From NCBI RefSeq assembly GCF_006345805.1, contig NC_043006.1, positions 52,204,001-52,268,000 on the forward strand: a stretch of DNA of 64,000 nucleotides, given 5' to 3'. Position 1 is the first letter of the stretch. The number at the start of each line of letters is the position of its first letter. Positions 23,370-35,741 of this stretch are shown here, piece after piece. A program made the translations under genes and the position numbers. The stretch is from Octopus sinensis (taxonomy: Eukaryota). The notes below the pieces were generated by a model, which saw only the letters and a list, made by a program, of their open reading frames with translations, was not told where the DNA came from and ran no database searches.

Positions 23370-23900
23370 ATGTTTTGTGGTCTGCTACCACAACAGCTCC
23401 TTTATAGCTCAAGACATCATCAGGAGGAACCATGTCCAGTTTCGGCCCCTATTCCTCTACCGTTTTGAAGTGGCGTGCCACCGCCTTTTAGAGGTGTCTT
23501 CAGCTCTGGTGTTGAGTGCATGTCTTCTTTCTCCTTCTTTCTTCTGTTCCCTGGCTTCTTTGATGTATCGTCAACGAGTGTCATCAGGTGACTGACTGTC
23601 TTGTCACATTCCCCTTTAAATACCTGCTGCTAGGCTCCAGCAGGCAGCCCCAGCAAGTTGTCACGTGACACTGTCTAAGCTTTAACTGACCAATGGAGGG
23701 CAAAAAGTCTTAGCCCATGCATTCTCTAAACAAGACCGTCACCTGTCAATCAGCGAAGCTACTTCAGTGTCAGCCTGTCTCACCTAGTGATGTTATTTTC
23801 CTGCCAGCATGTTATGACTTTCAAGCCATTTTTGATCTTCCCACTTTAGCCATATATAGAAGCTGACTTTTTCGACTGCCTCCTGTATTCTCCTTATTAG
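23370..23900 (-). mobile_element. Possible decayed Penelope-like 3' region
   Basis: Weak: RYIKEA...LNT...W peptide reminiscent of the GIY-YIG C-terminus, plus CCAAT, GTCACGTGAC and TATTTAAA motifs and a CTGATGA...GAAAC relic. Confidence 0.3.
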
Positions 23901-24338
23901 TTTTCTCAGTTCCGAGCTAGAAAATGCAAATCTTTTTTTGAATGGGGGGATTTGCATCAAATCAAATAAAATTAACTGTTTTATCACTGCTAAAGTCAGC
24001 ATTGCCTTTGATAATTTTGAAGCTGATAAGATAACAATATTAGAGGAATTATAAAAATACTGGACAAGTTGCATGGTTAATCTCACCACCTGGTTCTTGA
24101 GTATTTTTAGTGGAGTATTGTATTGGGTTAAATCTCTGATCTACAAATCACTTACTGCATCTTTCCCATCTATCTTATCAACTTGAATACACAAAGAATT
24201 GTGAGTACTGTCAGGGTTACCTTGGTGGCATTATAGGCTTCTGGGCAAATCAATACAATGAACTCTATTGATTTTATGTATTGATAACAAACCACTGAAT
24301 ACATATATATATACACATACATACATACATACATACAT

Positions 24339-24371
<33 letters not shown>

Positions 24372-25045
24372 TACATACATACATACATACATACATACAT
24401 ACATACATACACATATATACATATATATATATTCATACATAATACATTACAATTCCAGAAAGTCCATGAGGTCAATTGCAAAAGATCCCCATATGTCAGA
24501 AGGAACAGTCAGAAATGTTGTTCACGAAGGCATCAGATATAAGTCTTATATGATGAAGAAAGGTCAATTTGTCAGAAAAAGCAAAAGAAAATCACTACAT
24601 CAGGCCCCTGGACCTGTGAATTCCCTGAGAAACTATCTATTGGGCCTATGCCTTAAGCTGGAACTGAGTATTATCCTTCCCACCTTGACTGAATTGTAAA
24701 ACAAAAGCATGTTTAAGATTCATGAAAACATGTATTTTTTTTTCAAGCTTATAATTTCAAATTGAAAAATAAATAAGTAAAAATAGAACAAAAGAAACAA
24801 GGAAACAAATAAACAAAGTAAAGGATCCCTTTGATTTAAACTTTGCCCAATTTTTTTATCTTTCAACTTTTAGTTGTTTCAGTCATTGGAATGTGGCTAT
24901 GCTGGAGTACCACCTTAAGGGTTTGAGTCAAACAATTTGACCCCAGTATTTATATGCTTATTCTGTCAGTCTTTTATGCTGAACTGCTAAGTTACAAGGA
25001 CATTAACAAGTCAACACAAGTTGTCAAGTGGTGGTGGAGGACATA

Positions 25046-26240
25046 CACTTTTTGGGTCATTGCTGCATTTTTTGCTAACTCGGTTTCAGAAAATAATAAT
25101 GCCAGACCCTCAGCTTACTCAAGAAATGAAGAGGCATCCTGTTATTGTGGTTATAAAGGCTGAGCATAGAGATTTAAAAATATCTCGATTTTTAAAAGTT
25201 GCCAGATCTTTTGTCTACAAAGTTTGTAAGGAGTTAGAGACTGAAGATGGAAACATATCACCAGTATCAAAGCATAAAAAGCATTCTAAATGCTCTGAAA
25301 TCATCAGATCACTTGAATTTATCCAGCAAGTTGAACAGACCATTGATTACAATCTCAGAAAGTCCATGAGGTCAATTGCAAAAGAGCTCCATGTGTCAGA
25401 AGGAACAGTCAGAAATGTTGTCCACATTTATATGATGAGGAAAGCTCAATTTGTCAGAAAATAAAAATAAAATCACTACATCAGATCTAAAAGGTACTTA
25501 AACAAACTGAAAAATCCAGCAGAAGAAGATCTGATTTGGTTTTTCTCAAATGAGAAAAACTTGGATCAAGACCAAAAAGTTAACAGAATAAATGACAGAT
25601 GGTTGTGTGCAGACCATTTTGAAGTTCCAAGTGTTATGCATACAAAATTTCCTGCAAATGTCATGGTTTTAGGGGCTGTCAGTAGTGAAGGACATGTGAT
25701 GCTGCTTTACTTCACAAGATCTTAGAGTTAACTCTGCCACCTACATTGAGGTCCTGGAAACAATTGTTAAACCCTGGATGGACAGTACATGCAATGGAAC
25801 GCCATATGTGTTTCAGTAAGACCGCACTATTACACATGGTTCTAGCAACACAAGAATGGATGGCTGAAAATGTCAATGAACACATAACCCCTAATATTTG
25901 GCCTCCTAATTCACCAGATCTCAATCCATTGGACTATTACACACCGAGCATTGTTGAAATAGAAGTCAATGAAGATATCCATAACACCAACAATCCTTTG
26001 GAAACTGGCATAATCAGAGTAATGCCCAAAATGAACCAGGACCACTGGATTTGAGCATGTAGATGATTTAGATCTCATATAGAAGCAGTTGTTGAAGCTG
26101 CAGGTGGCTTTATTGAATAACATTATAGAAAAGAATGTTTTATTTTTATCCTCATAGCATTTTTGATAAATAAGTTATCTTTTATTATATATCCGTTTTC
26201 CATAAACATAAACCTGTCATCAAATATCTTATGCATCCTG
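25046..26240 (+). mobile_element. Decayed Tc1/mariner DD37D (maT-like) transposon; a related fragment lies at about 24447-24605
   Basis: Peptides FSNEKNLDQDQKVNRINDRWLC, KFPANVMVLGAVSSEGHVM and NIWPPNSPDLNPLDYY, with frameshifts. The right end ...gcatcctg|TA. Confidence 0.8.
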
Positions 26241-26250
26241 TATACATACA

Positions 26251-26286
<36 letters not shown>

Positions 26287-26473
26287 TATATAAAGTACAA
26301 AGTAAGATAGGGGTTATGAGGGTAACCCACTATGGGATATCAGTTATCCAATATACTGCTGGTGAAGCACCCAAGTGCCAAATACATAAATGCTTATAAT
26401 TGCAATGCAATTAATTCATTTATTGTATCGGATGGGCGAAGGTAAAATATTTTACCGTAAATTCATATTACAA

Positions 26474-26683
26474 ATAAGAAAACAGAGGAACAAATTCTTT
26501 TCAATCATCAACTTACAGATATTACCATTTCTATTAACTATATAAATATCCAATCGAACATCCAAATCGAACAAAACAATATACATCAATATGCAAATTA
26601 ATAAAACCATAAGAATAATAAATAATATGAAATGGTAATATCTGTAAGTTGATGATGGAAATGAATTTGTTCCTCCATTTTCT

Positions 26684-26686
<3 letters not shown>
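26474..26686. repeat. Foldback inverted repeat, about 58-bp arms (26474-26531 / 26629-26686)
   Basis: gaggaacaaattc..tcatcaacttacagatattaccatttc / gaaatggtaatatctgtaagttgatga..gaatttgttcctc. Abuts (TA)n. Confidence 0.8.
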
Positions 26687-26765
<79 letters not shown>

Positions 26766-27349
26766 TGCACATATATATATATATATATATATGTTTCACT
26801 GCATGGCAGTTCACACAAATGCATCATACAGTCTACCTTTAATCCTGTGCAAGAGGCCCTTAGTTGACAGCAGAGGTAGGAGCTCCTTGAACTTTACCCA
26901 GGCTATTCTTATTCTAGCCGCTACACTCTCAGAACAACCACCCCCACTTTAGACTTGGTCACCTAGGTAGTGGAAGATATCAACTACTTCTAGTTTTACC
27001 CCCTGGCATGAGATGGAATCTGTTTTCTGTACATTTTCAGTGTTTATTTATTGCCCCTGTGCATCTGTCACACACAAAAACTATCTTCCTGGTTAACCTT
27101 CCTTTGATATTACTCTACAACTTTTATATATCTATAGCTTACACCAGGTATATACAAGGGAGACAGAGAAAGGCAGAATGCCACTTATATTTGAACACTA
27201 TACAAATATTCCTTTAAAAAAACTTTTCTTTTAATTTTTCTAAATTTAATTATTTAATCGTTACAGTTGAAAAGGTCTCAAAATGACCGAAACCGGTACT
27301 GAAATGTTCTTTATAAAATTATTTTACCATTTTCTATTTTGACTTGTTT

Positions 27350-27405
<56 letters not shown>

Positions 27406-27766
27406 TCATGATGAGCATTTTTCAGTTTCATTCTAACATATTCTCTCACAAGGCTTTGATTGACCCAGGGCTATACAGAAAAAGACATTTGCCCTAGGTG
27501 CCATGCAGTGGGACTGAACTCAGAACCATGTCATTGAGAAGCAAACTTCAATGAACTGAGCATAGATGTTATACAACTTCTGATTTACTCCCTTGATAAT
27601 TAAAGGCTGTAACTGTTGTTAAGTACAAATTGACATCAAGTTTAATGAAGCATTCCTGCTATTTGTTTCTAGTCACTTGGCAACAGATTTTTTGTTTTCC
27701 TATGTTTCTGATGGATATAAAACATTACGAGGTTTACAGGTAACCGATTACAGTTAGTGCTGCATT

Positions 27767-27811
27767 ATGGATACGGAAAACATCAAAGTTGCTGTTCGCC
27801 TACGACCATTT
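27767..27811 (+). CDS. KIF28: Kinesin-3 (KIF28-like) first coding exon, MDTENIKVAVRLRPF
   Basis: ATG at 27767 and 15 codons containing the kinesin beta1 motif KVAVR.RPF, which continues as NSRE in the exon at 51825. Donor TTT|GTATCCTTTT. Confidence 0.85.
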
Positions 27812-28160
27812 GTATCCTTTTGACAAATGTAATTGATCAGTATCTAGTTGTTATGGTTTGATAGCCTTTAAATGTCTCTAAATTTAGGTGGCACTGTGTA
27901 CAGTGTGTCAAGGTAAAGTATATATATATTTGAGGTACAGGAAATTATTATGAGTATTTCTAACAAAATCTTAACATTAAATTTTACATTTCACTTTTTA
28001 CACATGCACACATGCACAAAGTCACACAGCAACGTTCTTTCATTCTGTCACTCTCTAACTTTCTCTCTCACTTTTTCACACTGCTCTCACACTTATATCA
28101 GCATTTAGATAAGTATCTGTATTTATCCATGTGTGCATTTATACTTGTGAGTGTATGCGT

Positions 28161-28206
<46 letters not shown>

Positions 28207-28304
28207 CCAACATCATATTTTAAGGTCCGCGTTCTATGTTGGCATAGGTTGAACTGCAGATAAAAATACTTATATACATGTATAATATATGTGTGTCTTG
28301 CGGG

Positions 28305-28346
<42 letters not shown>

Positions 28347-29179
28347 TCTATGTTTCTATGTATGCATGTATGTGAGTATGTCTGTGACTGTATTTATGAA
28401 GGTATGTGCCTGTGTGCATGTAAACATGCATATCATCATAATCATCATCATCATTTAACGTCCATCGTCCATGCTGGCATGGGTTGGATGGTTTCACAAG
28501 GCTGGCAAGCTGAGGGGGCCACACCAGACTCCAGTCTGATTTGGCATGGTTTCTACAACAGGATGCTTTTCCAAATACCAAAAAGTAAAGATCCCCTTCT
28601 TCAGTCATGAATGACCATGGGATGCACCTAGAGAGTTCTCTTTCAAGGCATAAGTCCAGGTGAAGCTGTTTATGGAAGAACAGCAGTCGCCCATGCATAC
28701 CAGCCTCCCCTCTCCATGCCATTGATGTTATCCAAGGGAAAGGCCAAGGCCGATACAGCATGGCACCAGTGATGTCGCAAATTATTTCTTATTTCTTATT
28801 GCCCACAAGGGGCTAAACATAGAGGGGACAAACAAGGACAGACAAACGGATTAAGTCAATTATATCTACCCCAGTGCATAACTGGTACTTATTTAATTGA
28901 CCATGAAAGGATGAAAGGCAAAGTCGACCTCGGCGGAATTTGAACTCAGAATGTAACTGCAGATGAAATACTGCTAAGCATTTCGTCTGGCGTGCTGACG
29001 TTCTGCCAGCTTGCCGCCTTAAATGTCGCAACTCATTTCTACAGCTAAGAGAACTTGAGCAATGTGACAAAGTTTCTTGCTCAAGAACATAACACACAGC
29101 CCAATCCAGGAATCAAACTCACAACTTCATGAATGTAAACCCAACACTCTAACCATGTACCTTCTTATACCAATATATA

Positions 29180-29243
<64 letters not shown>

Positions 29244-29318
29244 CTTTTATGCATGTACATGTAACTGCATGTGGATTTTCCTCCATCTTCCTTTCTCTAG
29301 GATTTTCCTCCGTCTCCT

Positions 29319-29353
29319 GTTTCTGAAAAAGAACTTTGCTCGAAACATAAAAC
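29319..29353 (+). ncRNA. Degenerate minimal hammerhead motif (same family as 15955/17722)
   Basis: GTTT-CTGAAAA-A-GAAC(TTT)GCTC-GAAA-CAT-A-AAAC. Stem I is intact; three G>A changes. Confidence 0.45.
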
Positions 29354-29452
29354 TAACTTTCTTTCCTTCTCTGAGCATCAGTTAATACTTTGCATGTACC
29401 ACGTCCTCGTGTTGTTTTTTTCTTCATTTTTTTAATTAATTACATATATATG

Positions 29453-29577
<125 letters not shown>

Positions 29578-29628
29578 TTATATATATATATATATATTAA
29601 TATATATATATATATACACATATATATA

Positions 29629-29704
<76 letters not shown>

Positions 29705-29708
<4 letters not shown>

Positions 29709-29989
29709 AGGAATGACCACCAAGTGGGTTCCTAATATACTAGAAGGCCTCAAATGGTCTAACCACGAAGAAAATTTTTCTCAAAAAAATTTTGGCAAAC
29801 ACCAGAACATGAAGCGAGCAAGACAAAAGAAAAGATACAAATTATCACCAAATTTCTATCTTTTCTTTTGTCATGCTCACTTAACATTCTGGCATTTGCT
29901 GAAATTTTCTTGAGAACAAATTTTTTCATGGTTAGACCACTTGGGGTCTTCTTGTATATCAGGAATCCACCTGGTGGTTATTCCTCTTT
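29705..29989. repeat. Foldback inverted repeat, 133-bp arms, 19-bp spacer
   Basis: aaagaggaatgaccaccaagtgggttcc...gaaaagata / tatcttttc...ggaatccacctggtggttattcctcttt. (TA)n on both sides. Confidence 0.85.
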
Positions 29990-30136
29990 ATATATATGTA
30001 ATATAATTTTCTTAATCTTCGAATTTTTTAAATATACTAGGCCACTGGTTTAAATTGATATTAGTTTAATTAATATTAATTTCTACCCTCATTATTTAAC
30101 TTTTATATGTACACACTCACACACACACACACACAT

Positions 30137-30408
30137 ATATAATTTAGGGAAAAACCTCTATTAAGCAACTCGATTGTGAAAGACGTTATTCATACCATAT
30201 ACTAAAAATAATTATACTTTAAAAAAACTTATTCTAAAAATCAATAAAGTATATAAACAATAAATAGCATACTACTTACTATTTATTGTTTTTGTACTTT
30301 ATTGAATTTTAGAATAAGGTTCTTATAGTATATTTATTTTTTCTATATGGTGTGAATAACATCTTTCGATATTGAATAGATTAATAGAGGTTTTTCTCTA
30401 AATTATAT
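30137..30408. repeat. Foldback inverted repeat, about 130-bp arms, 11-bp spacer
   Basis: atataatttagggaaaaacctctattaa...aaacaataaatag / ctatttattgttt...ttaatagaggtttttctctaaattatat. Confidence 0.85.
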
Positions 30409-30494
30409 CCGTATATTATATATTGTGAAATTTGATTTAGAATTGCTAAATTGAAATTTTTCCCTGTAAGTTTGGAATTATATTCCCTACTGTT

Positions 30495-30526
<32 letters not shown>

Positions 30527-31888
30527 TATTATAATATATATATAAAATACAAAATGGGGCAAGAACGCAAAACATCCAAATAGACGATACAAAAATCACG
30601 GATGGGTCATTCGAAGCCTTTCATCTTCAGTCAAGAACCGGATCATCCTCGCAATTTCGGCTGATTAATCTTGAGATTGCTCCAATCTGGCCAGCCCCAA
30701 GGAAAAACTAAGTTAAGAACATTAGATTCCTTGGAAAAAGGATCGAATGTGTACGAAACAAGGACAGAAAAATGGACGATGTTACATGAATATAAATACA
30801 AAAAAAGAAAAAATAATACGAATATAAATGAAAAAAAAACAATAATAATAATAATAACAGGACACAACAGGCATCTTTCGACCAAAGATGAATTGAACTC
30901 AGCTGGCATATTGAGTGAGAATTAAGCCTTATGGCAGATGAAAACAACGATGTTATACCTTTCATCATTTATCTTTTACTTGTTTCTGTCATTAAACTGC
31001 AGATGTGCTGGGGCACGACCTTCAAGAACATTTAGTTGAATGAATCAATACAAGTATTTATTTTTGTTTTTAAGCCTGATACTTACTGTATTGGTCTCCT
31101 TTTGCCAAATCACCAAGCTACTGAGACATAAACAAACCAAGCAGGGGTGGGGAACAAATACAGTCATAAATACAGCCACACACATACACACTCATACATA
31201 AATATACAACAGGCTTCTTTCAGTTTCTGTCTAACAAATCCAGTCACAAGGCTTTGGTCGGCTTAAGGCTATAGTAGAAGACATTTACCCAAGATGTCAC
31301 ACAGTAGAACTGAACCTGGAACCGTGTGGTTGGAAAACAAGGTTCTTACCACACAATCATGCCTGCACCTCTATGTGTAAATATTTCCTACAGTGAAATG
31401 TATGTATAATAGGTTCAGGCATAGGTGTGTGGTTAAGAAGACTGCTTCTCAAACATTTGCTTTCAAGTCTCAGTCACAAAATTGTGCAGCGAAGGGGTTA
31501 CTGTTGATCAACTTCGGCCCCGACAGAACAAAGCCTTGTGTGTGAATTTGGTAGATAGAAACTGAAAGAAACCCATATGCGTGTATGTGTCTGTGTGTGC
31601 TGGGAACAAGTGTGCAAGTGTGTGTGTCTTTGTCTTAACATCACACGAAGGTTCTAAACAAGCACCAATGCCATTTCCAGTCTTCTGTGAAACAAAAAAA
31701 AAAAACCATGTCTAACCATAAAAAAAATATTACCTCGCTTGGAAACAAGTAAACGTTGATGACAAGGAGGGCACCTGGCCATGGAAAAACTGTTTCAATG
31801 AATGCTGTCTGATTCATGCATGCACAGAAAAGTGAACACCAAAACAATGATGATGATGATGATGATGATGATGACGACAGTGGCTATA

Positions 31889-31949
<61 letters not shown>

Positions 31950-32177
31950 CTATAATGATGTATGTGTTTGTGTACATGTATTTGAGTATTTATGCATATA
32001 TTTGTATACTTCATCTTATGCTAAGAAGCAGGATGCGAATTTTTGACTTGAGTCAAATATAACAAGCGAATATCTAAATCATTGGTATTATTTGGTTTGA
32101 CTTTATTATCACAACTATATATATGTGTGTGTGTAGATCGCTAGCCACTACACATTCTTTATTTTCTCTCCTTGTTC

Positions 32178-32213
32178 CTTTCTGGGGAAGAGCGTAGGCT
32201 CAAAACGTTAAAG
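32178..32213 (+). ncRNA. Degenerate minimal hammerhead motif (GTAG-loop subfamily)
   Basis: CTTT-CTGGGGA-A-GAGC(GTAG)GCTC-AAAA-CGT-T-AAAG. The surrounding 200 bp matches 650-810. Confidence 0.5.
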
Positions 32214-32324
32214 ACTTTTCACTTCCCAAGCATTATACTAATACATCTGTTTGTTGTCTACACCACCTGTCTTCGTCTTTTGTTTTTTTGTGAATTCTCC
32301 CTATATATACATATACACACATAC

Positions 32325-32402
<78 letters not shown>

Positions 32403-32434
32403 AGTATGTATGTATATGTAAATATATACATATA

Positions 32435-33510
32435 TTGGGTCATCCCATAAATAATACGGTTTTCTCAATGGCATGAACTAAAAGTCAGAGGGGGTGTGGG
32501 ATAAACTACCTGCAATAACTTGTTATAAAAGCAGGTAGTAATTTTACCTTGTCCTTATTCTTAGTGCAAGTTTTGATTTTGACAGTTATTTTTTAAAATC
32601 TATAATGGATGTGACAAAGGAGCATATTCAGCATATTTTGCTTTATGTGTTCAATAAAGGTAACAACATGATGGAAAGTGCAAGGAATATTAATGCAGTG
32701 TATGGGGAGTGGCCAATAAGCGTAAGCCAGCATCAACGGTATTTTCAGAAATATGGTGAGCTGAAAGGCAGCGAGCTGGCAGAATCGGTAGCACGCTGGG
32801 CGAAATGCGTAGCCGTATTTCGTCTGCTGATACGTTCTGAGTTCAAATTCCGCCGAGGTCGACTTTGCCTTTCATCCTTTCGGGGTCGATAAATTAAGTA
32901 CCAGTTACACACTGGGGTCAATATAATCGACTTAATCCATTTGTCTGTCCTTGTTTGTCCTCTCTGTGTTTAGCCCCTTGTAGGTAGTAATGAAATAGGT
33001 ATTTTCAGAAATTCTGAGCCAGAAACTATAGCCTAGAAGATAAGCCTCATTCTGGAAGATCTGTAGAGCTCAAGGAGGAAGTCCTGCAAACTCTAGTGGA
33101 ACAAAATCCCATTGTAACTTTTGAGAAACTAGCGTAGAAACTTGGATTTGGTCATTCAACCATTCATTGACACCTGCATGCCAATGGACAAATCAATAAA
33201 TTGGGTCAATGGGTTCCTCACAGACTTTCCAAGTCTAATCATGCACTGAGAGTGAATGTATGCTCTTCCTTGCTGTCATGTCTCACGAATTAACCTTTTG
33301 TGGACCAAATAGTGACTGGTGATGAGAAATAGGTTCTCTACAAAAATGTCAAGCACTGAAGACAGTGGGTAGGGAAAGGAGAAACACTGGCACCCCAGAC
33401 TAAAGAAGGTCTTTACTCACGTAAGGTGTTGTTGTCTGTTTGGCAGGATATGAAAGGTTTAGCCCACTTTGAATTTTTAAACCCAAACCAAATGATAACA
33501 AAGATCTATA
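32435..33510 (+). mobile_element. Decayed mariner (DD34D-type) transposon interrupted by a SINE
   Basis: TA|TTGGGTCATCCC left end. Peptides HILLYVFNKG..ARNINAVYG, WVPH, IVTGDEK and KVLLSVW, with many stops. Confidence 0.85.
32753..32997 (+). mobile_element. Family B SINE inserted in mariner with a 15-bp direct repeat
   Basis: GGTATTTTCAGAAAT at 32738-32752 and 32998-33012. Confidence 0.8.
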
Positions 33511-33644
33511 TGGAAAACAGGACAAGTTAACACAGAGAAAGGACCCTTTATCAGTTGTTGGCTGTCTATCTACTCCTCATTTTGAGCATTATATATATTT
33601 ATATATAATTATAACAATTTATTTATTTATTTATGTATAATTAT

Positions 33645-34015
33645 AACAATAATTAAGGGTTTAGCAACAAGTTGCTTAACCACATACAGAAAAATTTAGA
33701 AATAGCAGCCAAAAGACCGTTATTTCTTTTCGCTACAAAATATGACTCCACAGTATCTGTAAATTTTTAATTTTCGGAATATTATGTTGACAAAGGAAAT
33801 TAATTTTTATAATTCTTATCCAGAAACGTGTCCATAATTAATTGAAAACTGTTTGATTTCATTAATTTCCTTCTTTTTGCATGTGTGAAGTTACAGATAG
33901 TGTTATCTGTGGAGTCATATTTTGTAGCAAATAGAAATAATGGTCTTTTGGCTGCTATTTCTAAATTTTTCAGTATGTGGTCAAGCAACTTGTTGCTAAA
34001 CCATTAATTATTGTT
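33645..34015. repeat. Foldback inverted repeat, about 120-bp arms
   Basis: tttagcaacaagttgcttaaccacatac...aaatagcagccaaaagacc...caaaatatgactccacag / ctgtggagtcatattttg...ggtcttttggctgctattt...caagcaacttgttgctaaa. Confidence 0.85.
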
Positions 34016-34159
34016 TTATATATATATATATATATATATATTATGGCTGCCCCCTCGTTATCGAGTATGGCCATTGCACGAAGCTTAACTGTTACTGGTG
34101 CTGTGAGCGAATGTGACTTTTTAGCCCAGCTAAAGATCTACAATGTCTTGTACAAAATT

Positions 34160-34510
34160 GACAACTAAAACCTTTACCGGTAATAGCCAGCTGTAGTTGT
34201 AACTGGGCTTCATGTACCTTTGCATGTTGTTTAAGTCCTCCTGCCGAATTACACTCTCATCCACATGCCCGACAGATATGATTAGTATGGTGTGTTACAC
34301 CACCACCAGTGGCCAGGTTGTCACTCATCTGTCTCGCTTTATGACTACAAAGATGACTCTTGAGTCCAGCTTTACTGAGGCAGGGTCTTGCACAGATACT
34401 GCATGTCAGCATCATAGGAAGACCCTTCCCATCTGGAAGTGTAACAGCAATGCCCTTCCTGACATCCCTCCTTACTTTCTCATGTGCAACTCGAGATTTC
34501 TCAAAAGTGG
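34160..34510 (-). mobile_element. LINE (RTE-like) C-terminal C2H2 fragment; a related fragment lies at about 53960-54125
   Basis: TCSICARPCLSKAGLKSHL and VCNVCSRVCLSRAGLISH, the C-x2-C...S..GL.SH tail of RTE-type ORF2. Confidence 0.55.
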
Positions 34511-34638
34511 CTGTACACACACACACACACATACATACATATAATCAAACTAACATTTGTTGTTTTTTTGTAAGTGTCAAAATGTGTATTGTAAAATACA
34601 AATAGAATGATGATTTATTTTAACATGCAGAAATTCCA

Positions 34639-34976
34639 TTAGAACAGCAAGAATATTGTGTAAATTACCTTTACAAAGGAGAAAAATTTGTCAACAAACA
34701 ACCACATATTCGAACCCTCATCCCTTGGAGACTCTGACTGCGTGCTTTACTTAAACTGCCCACTAACAGATTTTGTTTATATTTATATATACATAGTTGT
34801 GAATTTAGCTTTATAGTATCTAAATTTATGGATAAGTTTGTCAGCGGGCAGTTTAGCTTAGTGGTAAAGTACTTGGCTGAAGTCTTCAAGGTATGTGGAT
34901 TCAAGTTCAATGGCTGTTTGTTGACAAATTTTTCTGCTTTGTGTGGGTAAGTTACCCAATATTCCTGCTGTTCTAA
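34639..34976. repeat. Foldback inverted repeat of a tRNA-like unit, about 135-bp arms
   Basis: Arms 34639-34770 / 34837-34976. The right arm contains an A-box-like TAGCTTAGTGGTAAAG and a B-box-like GGATTCAAGTTC. Confidence 0.75.
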
Positions 34977-35295
34977 TTATATATATATACATACATATAT
35001 CTATTTGTGTGTTATACATCTATTGACATAGAACAAAGCAAAGCATATTTTCACTACTTTCCCTTTCTTTCCTCTACATACATTCCTTCTTCGAAATATC
35101 TAACTTTCTGAAGAAGAGATTAAACTCAAAAGATCAAAGTGATTTCTACTTCCTTAATCTTTCCTTGAATGCTAACCTATTAATTACACTATGTTTTCAC
35201 TTTGTCTTCTTTTTCACTGTTGTTATTATTGCAATCAATTTTGCCCCTATATGTATGTGTGTATACATACACACATACATATAGGTAAATATACT

Positions 35296-35326
<31 letters not shown>

Positions 35327-35404
35327 TGCTAAAAATGGTAAGACAACAAAAGAATGAAAGAGACCTCGATATTATGTAAATAGAGGAATTTATCTGTAAA
35401 TGTA

Positions 35405-35620
35405 ATGAGACAATTATTCGGTTGCCATGATAAAACTCCGAGTTTCGAATGCCAAGGTGGAAATCCATGCCACCATCTTTTCAGTTATCCAGCCATCTTT
35501 TTCATAGCATTTTTATAGCATTTTTCCGATGGCCAGATAACTGAAGAGATGGCAGCGTGGATTTGCACCTCGGCATCCGAAACTCGGAGTTTTATCATGG
35601 CTACTGAATAATTGTCTCAT
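35405..35620. repeat. Foldback inverted repeat, 93-bp arms (35405-35497 / 35528-35620), each arm a hammerhead copy
   Basis: atgagacaattattc..gccatgataaaactccgagtttcg / cgaaactcggagttttatcatggc..gaataattgtctcat. Confidence 0.9.
35530..35603 (+). ncRNA. Type I hammerhead ribozyme motif with intact core
   Basis: Stem I TGGCCA-GATAA / TTATC-(A)-TGGCTA (11 bp). Core CTGAAGA 35541-35547. Stem II GATG...CATC(C). GAAA 35579-35582. Stem III ACT/AGT with a CGG loop (quasi-palindrome ACTCGGAGT). Cleavage triplet GUU, site after 35591. Confidence 0.75.
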
Positions 35621-35628
35621 ATTTCATC

Positions 35629-35669
<41 letters not shown>

Positions 35670-35741
35670 AGGTCCCGGGTTGAGTCGGGGTTAACCACAG
35701 TAAATAAGGTACTCAATACATAGCAGAGTGAATTAATTTAT

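Noticed and set aside
23362-23435. CTGATGA...GAAAC hammerhead candidate on the minus strand
   Set aside because: No consistent stem I/III pairing or NUH site could be built.
30596-30640. CTGAAGA...GAAT hammerhead-like relic on the minus strand
   Set aside because: GAAA is broken and stem I has no partner; at most a decayed Penelope end.
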